64,000 nucleotides of DNA, taken from assembly GCA_964016885.1 (NCBI GenBank), contig CAXHJY010001418.1, positions 1 to 64,000 on the forward strand, in the 5' to 3' direction. The notes beneath the pieces were generated by a model. The model did not search any database. It worked only from the letters and a program-made list of their open reading frames with translations, and was not told where the DNA came from. Position numbers and translations under genes: made by a program. The DNA comes from Eledone cirrhosa (Eukaryota). Positions 55,977 through 64,000 of the stretch are shown here, one piece after another. The number at the start of each line of letters is the position of its first letter. The first letter of the stretch is position 1.

Positions 55977-56370
55977 CATAATGTCAAAAGTAATAGAAGT
56001 GAAGGTATGATTGGTTAGCTTCAGTAAAGTTTGGCTGCTATGAGCAATAATTATTTCGTTTCTCGACATTCGATTTTGTTTTTATAATTTTGTCTTCTTT
56101 TATTTCATTATTTTCATACATTTTAGGACGAGACATAAGTCGATAGAGCAATGTGTCTCTCGGCACAGAGTTGATGGTTCAAACTCTGACCACAGTAGCT
56201 ATATATATATTTTAGTCCAATATACTGAGAAGCATTACCCACGAGACTTAGTGAATGTATGCAATTCAATTTCAATTGATATTCTACATAAATACAGGAA
56301 TTGGCTTGCTGACAAGAAACATCTCCTATGTCTCATGTAAACCTAACTCTGGTATTATGGTAATTCACGT

Positions 56371-56424
<54 letters not shown>

Positions 56425-56545
56425 TATATATACATATATATGTATGTGTATATATATATATTAACATTGGGTGTTCAAACTGATGAACCATAAGTAACTA
56501 AATATCACACAACAATACACTATATATATATAAGTATATATATGT

Positions 56546-56597
<52 letters not shown>

Positions 56598-56669
56598 CTG
56601 TGTGTGTGTGTGTGCGTGCGTGTGTGTATACATATATATATAAATATATATATATGTATATTCAAGTAT

Positions 56670-56726
<57 letters not shown>

Positions 56727-57954
56727 GGTGTATGTGTGTGTGTGCATGTATTCACTACATAAGAAATAGTTATATATACATACACAATGGAGGAGAGGCA
56801 AAGATGACCTGGAACGGATTTGACCTCAGGTAAATGAGATCCGGAATTATTACCGCAAGGCATTTATTCTATCCGAACCTTTCTCAAGAGCTCTGTGCAA
56901 AATATTTAGCATGTGTTGCCATTTGAAGGTTATTTGGCAGAAAGCCCAAAACGTTTCAAACGCCTATGTTTCACTAAATAAACCCGTGCACAAGGCACTT
57001 TTCCTACAACCCGCCCCACATCATATTTTGCTTAATTCGAATAACATCTCTACAGAAATATCTGTTCAGCAAATGACCTTCAAAAATGTTTCAAATGAAC
57101 TGAACATTAACTAAATTAACAACATTACCCAATTGTCACTCTCCCTCAGGCATCAACATTTAGGAAAGTGTACGGCCAATAACCTTTCTATATCGAATAA
57201 ATTATTTTTAAAAAAAATGCATTTGACGAAGATTTCTCAGTAGAGATATAAATTTTGAAATGCCGCAAGTTAAATTAATTTAACCTCAGAAAGCGTCAAA
57301 GCACGCAATAGTTATTTAAGCAGAATACACTATTAAAGCCTCTAGCGAATATTTCAATATCAAATAAACATGTTTTTTCAAAGGCGTTTTAAACAATTTT
57401 ATATGCAGAAAATTTACGTTATCAAACAGCCATCTTGGATATGATAGTATATTGCAATACATGATATTCTAAAGTTATAAATATTGAAATTATATTTTCA
57501 GCGTTTGTAATTATAATATCTGGGTTATTATAACTCGGTGAGACTAATTAGTAATCACAAATTTCCTTTAGAGATAACACACATATATTTGGTTTGTGAC
57601 ATATAGAACTGGATTATAATTACAACATCTCAACGAAGAGAATTTGATATTCCTTGTTGATAAAAATGATTATAATATTACCATATTTACCATAATAGCA
57701 AAGAACGTCAAACGGAAATATTTATTAATTTAAAATATATTTCAACATTTAAAGTTATACATACTATATACACCGAAATTACTCGATAATGAATTGCTTG
57801 TTGGTTTTATTGGATAACCACAAGAAAAATCTAATCCAGCAATCCAATGATTAAACCTTCCGATGCTATATTAATAATAGAAGATATTATGATTTCAATT
57901 AAATTATTAAAATAAAAATAATAAGTTTTTAATAATATAACTGACTTACATTAA

Positions 57955-58142
57955 GGGTGGTGGATTGGCAGTATCGGTAGAGGGTCGGACGCCATGCTTT
58001 GACGCATAGAGTTACGGCCCTTGTCATTCTGAGTTCAAATCCCGCAGAGGTTAACTTTGCCTTTCATCCTTATGAGGTCGATAAAATAAAGTACCAGTAA
58101 TTCACTGGATAATTGCTGGCCTTGTGCCAAAAGTAGAAACAA
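57955..58142 (+). mobile_element. SINE family A (short variant), full length
   Basis: gggtggtggattggcagtatcgg head, B-box, tail. Confidence 0.93.
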
Positions 58143-58158
58143 TTATATCAAACTGATG

Positions 58159-58340
58159 GATTGGCAGTATCGGTAGAGGACCGGACGCCATGTTTTTCAG
58201 CATAGAGTTACAGCCCTTTACGGTCTCAGTTCAAATCCAGCCGATGTTAACTTTGCCTTTCATTCTTACTGGATCGATAAATAAAGTACCAGTAATGCAC
58301 TGGCTTAATTGCTGGCCTTGTGCCAAAAGTAGACACAATT
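58159..58340 (+). mobile_element. SINE family A inserted at the tail of the previous copy
   Basis: 18-bp TSD aattat(a/t)tcaaactgatg at 58141-58158 and 58337-58354. Confidence 0.92.
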
Positions 58341-58633
58341 ATTTCAAACTGATGTTTAGAAGATCTATACAAAACTTATTAATGGAAGGTTAGTATTAAA
58401 CATGAATAGTCCAAAACAAATATGTTTTGCATATTAGAAAGAGTAAGGATTTCAGTTTACGTATTACTGGAAAAATAGTTTAAACTAATTATTATAATAT
58501 ATTTTGTATTTGAATTTCCATATAGACATTTTTGTGCAACCAATGTCCGTTGGTAATTTTGTTAAAGATATAGGATAGTGTGTCAGTGTGTGTATATATA
58601 GGCACATTTGTTTGTATGTATACTCTCACATTT

Positions 58634-58680
<47 letters not shown>

Positions 58681-58849
58681 TACACACATATATACACACA
58701 CATACACACACATATATATATATAAGGAAAACAGAACATTAACAGTAACTTTGAAGTATCGCCTTATAATAACAAAGATTTTTGATAACTTCTCTTATGA
58801 AACGAGAGCATTTTCAGTTAATATGTAAATGTGTTTATGCACTATCATG

Positions 58850-58953
<104 letters not shown>

Positions 58954-58958
58954 AATAA

Positions 58959-59127
<169 letters not shown>

Positions 59128-59239
59128 TATATAAATATATATATATACAAATATATATATATATATATATACAAATATATATATATATATATATATACAA
59201 ATATATATATATATATATATATAAAATATATATATATAT

Positions 59240-59308
<69 letters not shown>

Positions 59309-60626
59309 TCGTGTGTGTGTATACGCACATAGAAAACCAATGAATTAGAACAAGTGTTTAACGGAGTGCAATGGATTCGAACTTATAACAACTCCTCGCC
59401 GACCACAGCTGTATATATTACCGGGCAGACCCGACTCGACCCCCAGACCCCATCAATACCATTCACAATGTTCCCTCAACCTCTTCTCCTCAGCACAACA
59501 ACACCGACTGTATAGGGCCATGCAATGCTCATGCATACATAGACACACACAATGGCGTCGACTGAATCCGTCACGTGATTGTACACTTCAGTGCTGCACT
59601 TAAAGTTAATTGACCAGTTTCATCTTAATGTGGGTCTTTTTTGTGGGTTTACTTTCCTCCTGTCCCCTCTTTTAACCCTTTTCTTCTCTTGCAAACTCGA
59701 TTGGCCGTGTAAATTAAACAAGTGCAATTGGTAGTCACTGTTACAGTGGTGGTGTTGGTGGTGGTGGTTTTGGCGATGGTGGTGGTTGTGATTGTGATGA
59801 TGATGGTGGTGGTTTTGATGGTGTTGATGATGGTGGTTGTGATTGTGGTTGTAAAGATTGTTGCTTTGGTGGTTGGTTATGAAGGTAGGGGTGTAGTGGG
59901 CTTGATGGGGAGGGGTTTGATGGTGATTGTTGTGGGGGTTTTTGTCGTGATAGGGGTGCATATGGCGACGGTGTTAGTGGTTGTGGTGTTGATTGAAGTA
60001 ATGAGGTGATGGGAATGAAGAGGGTGTGATGGTATAAATGAGAATGGTAGTAGTCATAGTAGTTTTGTCAATGTGTGGTGGAGGTTGTGGTGATTGAGTC
60101 TCTTGTGGTTGCTTCTCGTTCTGCTAATTTTAGCGATGTTGCTAGATATATTAATGGAGGTGTTAAGAAGTTCGTTTTGCAATCACGAGGTGGTAGGTTC
60201 AATCCGAAAGGCTGCCATGTTTTATTAGTTTTTTATCATATTTTCGTATGAACCGAATCCTTGTGAATAAAAATGTTTAGAATTGTTCATTAACCGTTTA
60301 GAGTCTTCGCTCTGGTTATAAGTGTGTTATGGAAGGTAGTGAGCATAATGGTTGCATTAGTTATATAGACTAATGTCATCTCTCTTCAAGCAGACCTATG
60401 ATCAAAGACATTCTAGATGTGACTATCTCGTCATTTCCCTATTTTTCCTATGTAATAAGAGCCAGGAATCACAATATTCATGTTTAAAGTGGGGGTTGAA
60501 GGAGGTTTGGCTACAATTTAGCGGTGTTGTTCTCATTGAATATGATCTTATATCCTCTAAATAAGTCAGTGCAGAATGTGTGTCTATCAATGATAAGCTA
60601 CTCAAATTATGCCTGGAAGAGATTAC

Positions 60627-60804
60627 CATATAATAGCCATGGATGGTTCCTTTTCGAGAACATGTATCCCTGAGCAGGGTTTCTTTTCTTTCAAACTCGT
60701 AACTCCAGAAAGATCGGAGAAGCATCGTATTGACATACAGCATTTCTAGGACACTTTTTAAACTTGACGAATCCCATCTCACCAGGTCTGAGTACAACAG
60801 ATTT
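60627..60804 (-). CDS. Candidate 178-nt exon (NLLYSDLVRWDSSSLKSVLEM...KGTIHGYYM), unknown product
   Basis: Strong pyrimidine tract ttctcttcatctctatctttctctgaaag, donor ATG/gtaatc; lies in the longest non-repetitive ORF of the window; phase-compatible with 53680-53920. Confidence 0.3.
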
Positions 60805-60854
60805 CTTTCAGAGAAAGATAGAGATGAAGAGAATGAACGTGAGAAAGAGACACA

Positions 60855-61020
60855 TTGGAAGAATCAACCCCAGTATTAGACTGGTAATTTTTTTATCGAC
60901 CTTGAATGGATGAAAGTCAAAGTTGGCCTCGGCGAGATTTGAGCTCAGAGACCAGAGAGCCGAAACAAATACCGCAAATCATTCTATCTGACATTCTAAC
61001 GACTCTGCCAATACCGCCTT
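60855..61020 (-). mobile_element. Older subfamily of SINE A
   Basis: ttttatcgaccttgaatggatgaaagtcaaagttggcctcggcgagatttgagctcaga...ctaacgactctgcca. Confidence 0.85.
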
Positions 61021-61130
61021 GAGCAGGGTTTACCAAGGAGCTAAACAACATATACAATATATTAATATTATCTGTGGCACAACTTTGTGATATTACAGAT
61101 TAGAGTAAGAGCAGTTGATGTTGTTTAAAC

Positions 61131-61469
61131 CAGGGGTTCTCAACCTTTTTTTCGCTGTGGACCACCAAAATAAGTAATTTTTTCCTGTGGACCACCTAAA
61201 CTTTTAAATCTTTTGTAATAGAACTGCTACTTATAAGCATCAGTAGATGTTTTTTTTTCAATGAATTAGATAATGCTATTATCATGTCGCAGTGCCTAAA
61301 AATCTACGCATACAAACAGCTGAAGTCGTACTTATGCGAAGAATAAGAACAGCGCTTTAAGTCAAATGCATGGATAAAAAAAGAATTTGCTATTGAAAAT
61401 TTTCTGTGGACCACCTGAATTTTCCTGTGGACCACTAGTGGTCCACATGGACCAAGTTGAGAACCCCTG
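61131..61469. mobile_element. Non-autonomous hAT-superfamily MITE (339 bp)
   Basis: 14-bp TIR CAGGGGTTCTCAAC, perfect 8-bp TSD GTTTAAAC (61123-61130 and 61470-61477), subterminal GTGGACCAC repeats at both ends. Confidence 0.93.
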
Positions 61470-61519
61470 GTTTAAACCTTTAGTTAACCCTGATCGAAAC
61501 TGTTGGATCCAAAGCTGTA

Positions 61520-61612
61520 GTAAATAACACTTGCCCAAGGAGTCGTTCGGTGGAATTGAACATGAAAGCAAACAGTTTAGAAGCAAATTTCCTGAGCATT
61601 CAGCCATGCCTC
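61520..61612 (-). mobile_element. Degraded tRNA-derived SINE head
   Basis: Minus strand gaggcatggctgaatg...gttcaattccacc...ccttgggcaagtgt. Confidence 0.65.
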
Positions 61613-61799
61613 TCCCATTGTTGGTAAAGTTGTTGTTGTTGTTGTTGTTGCGGGTTTTGCTGTGACGGGTAAAGTGGAGGTTAGTGGATGAAGGATGGTG
61701 TTGAGTGGTCAGTGTGATCATCGTTGTGTAGTCAGTGAATATTGTCGATATAGTCTTTAAAGTATATGTGTATGTGTGTCTGTGCATGCGTACTTTGGC

Positions 61800-61936
<137 letters not shown>

Positions 61937-62139
61937 CATGGGGTGCAGTTGCATGTGTAAATTGCTTTCTTTTGTTGCTGAGGGTGTTAGTGATTATGTT
62001 GGTGATGTGTCTGTGGGATTTGACGGTTGATAATAACTTTGATGATGAAGATGGCTTTCTTGAATTGATGTTCATTATATTTATGATGGTGATAATGTAG
62101 ATGGCGGGATCTGTGGCTTTTGATGGTCATAATAACTTG

Positions 62140-62546
62140 AGGACGATGACGATGACGATGACGATGACGACGACGATGACGATGACGATGACGATGATGA
62201 TGTTGTGAAGAGTAATGATTACATAGTTTAAATTGATGTTGATGATGATAGAGATGATGATGATGATGCAGATGATGATGATGATGTTGGCAACGGTGTT
62301 GCGGGTGATTATTACTTTGTTTACATTGATGATGATGATGATAATGATGGCGGTAATGGTGATGATGATGATGATGATAATGATGATGATGATGATGATG
62401 GTGGTGGTGATGACGATACGTTGATGTTGATGAAGATGATGATGATGAGGATAACGGTGGTTGCGATGATGATGTTGATAATAATGATGATGATGATGAT
62501 GATGATAATGGTGGTTGTGATGATGGTTTTGATAATGGTGATGATA

Positions 62547-62582
<36 letters not shown>

Positions 62583-62591
62583 GCGATGGTA

Positions 62592-62629
<38 letters not shown>

Positions 62630-62724
62630 TGATAATGGTGGTTGTGATGATGATGTTGATAATGATGATGATGATGATGATGGTAATAATGATAATGATG
62701 ATGATGATGATAAAAATGATGATA

Positions 62725-62755
<31 letters not shown>

Positions 62756-62818
62756 TGAATATGATGATGATGATGATGATGATGAATGATAATGGTAGTT
62801 GTGCTGATGATGTTGATA

Positions 62819-62856
<38 letters not shown>

Positions 62857-62976
62857 AGTGGATGATGGTGATGATGATGATGATAATAATGATGAAGATG
62901 ATGATGAATGATAATGGTGGTTGTGATGATGATGTTGATAATGGTGATGATGATCATGATGATGGCGATGGTAATA

Positions 62977-63026
<50 letters not shown>

Positions 63027-63042
63027 AATAATGTTGGTGATT

Positions 63043-63094
<52 letters not shown>

Positions 63095-63980
63095 CGGTGT
63101 GTGGTGACGTTGGTGTGTGGTGTTGCCGGCAGTGGTTTTGTGATAGTAGTTTTCATGAGAGTGTGGTCAACGGTGCGGATATTGCGGGCTGAGATGGTAA
63201 CACGTGTCACGGTATTGGTTTTTATTGGTACTAAGAATGGTCTTTTGTGGCCAACATGGTGGTCTTGATGACCCCTTGGTGGTGCTAGTAATGGCAGATG
63301 ATGGTGTCTAGTGGTTGGCAACGTGGCGGCGGCAGCGGCGGGGTTATAGTAATAGAGGTTGGTTGGTGTTATGAGTGGTGGGGGCAGTAGAGGTGGTAGC
63401 AGTGGTGTTGGAGATGTTGGTGGTGCCGGAGATGGTGGTGGAGATAGTGGTGGTGGTAGTAGTGGTGTTGAAGATGGTGGTGGTGCTGGAGATGGTGGTG
63501 GAGATAGTGGTTGTGGTAGTAGTGTTGGAGATGTTGGTGGTGCTGGAGATGGTGGTGGAGATGGTGGTGGTGCTGGTGGTGGTGCTGGAGATGATGGTGG
63601 GGGCAGTAGAGGTGGCAGTAGTGGTGTTGGAGATGTTGGTGGTGCTGGAGATAGTGGTTGTGGTAGTGGTGTGGGAAGTAGGGGTGGTACTGGAGATGGT
63701 GGTGGTAGTAGTGGTGTTGGAGATGGTGGTGGTGCTGGAGATGGTGGTGGTGGTGGTAATGGTGTTGATGGTGGTAGTGGTGGTGCTGGTGCTGGTGGTG
63801 GTGCTGGAGATGGTGTTGGAGATGGTGGTGGTGCTGGTGGTGGTGGTGGTGATGGCAATGGTGTTGATGGTGGTTGTAGTGGTGGTGGTGTTGAGGATCG
63901 TGTTGATAGTAGTGGTGTGGGTAGTAGTGTTGGTGGTTGTGCTGGCAGTGGTGCCGGTGATGCTGGTGGTGGTAGTAGTA
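62140..63980. repeat. (GAT)n and (GGT)/ggtgctggagatggt low-complexity tracts
   Basis: Direct reading; source of the spurious 623-aa Pro/His ORF. Confidence 0.95.
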
Positions 63981-64000
63981 GAATAGTTTGTATTTTTGGT

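Noticed and set aside
61987-63858. 623-aa Pro/His/Ser-rich ORF (also 42412-43390, 25926-26975, 40968-41510, 44146-44970)
   Set aside because: Trinucleotide-repeat tracts open in several frames on both strands, with homopolymer identity switching at frame slips; not credible as extensin, glycine-rich or His-rich proteins without expression data

Overview
AT-rich, gene-poor animal genomic DNA, dominated by (TA)n, (CA)n, (GA)n, (CCA/GGT)n and (GAT)n microsatellites. The repeat repertoire looks like an octopod cephalopod (inference from recalled octopus SINE motifs). No confidently identifiable protein-coding gene is present, and almost every ORF in the supplied track is translated microsatellite. 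About 20 copies of a tRNA-derived SINE occur in two length variants, several with clear target-site duplications. There is also a hAT-type MITE with an 8-bp TSD and several minisatellites. The most striking content is a dense population of type I hammerhead ribozyme (HHR) motifs, about 20 intact or degenerate copies from several distinct sequence families. They sit in (TA)n-embedded cassettes resembling Penelope-like-element pLTR remnants or retrozymes. They include a family with compensatory changes in an extended helix II and a family with a fixed CAGA (U4A) core. Several inverted duplications are centred on the HHR, and a near-identical tandem dimer has predicted cleavage sites exactly 521 nt apart (a candidate circRNA/retrozyme unit). 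Weaker signals are several minus-strand exon-like islands, CTCF-like motifs and unique-sequence islands that may be conserved enhancers. All structures were folded by eye and none has been tested computationally or experimentally.
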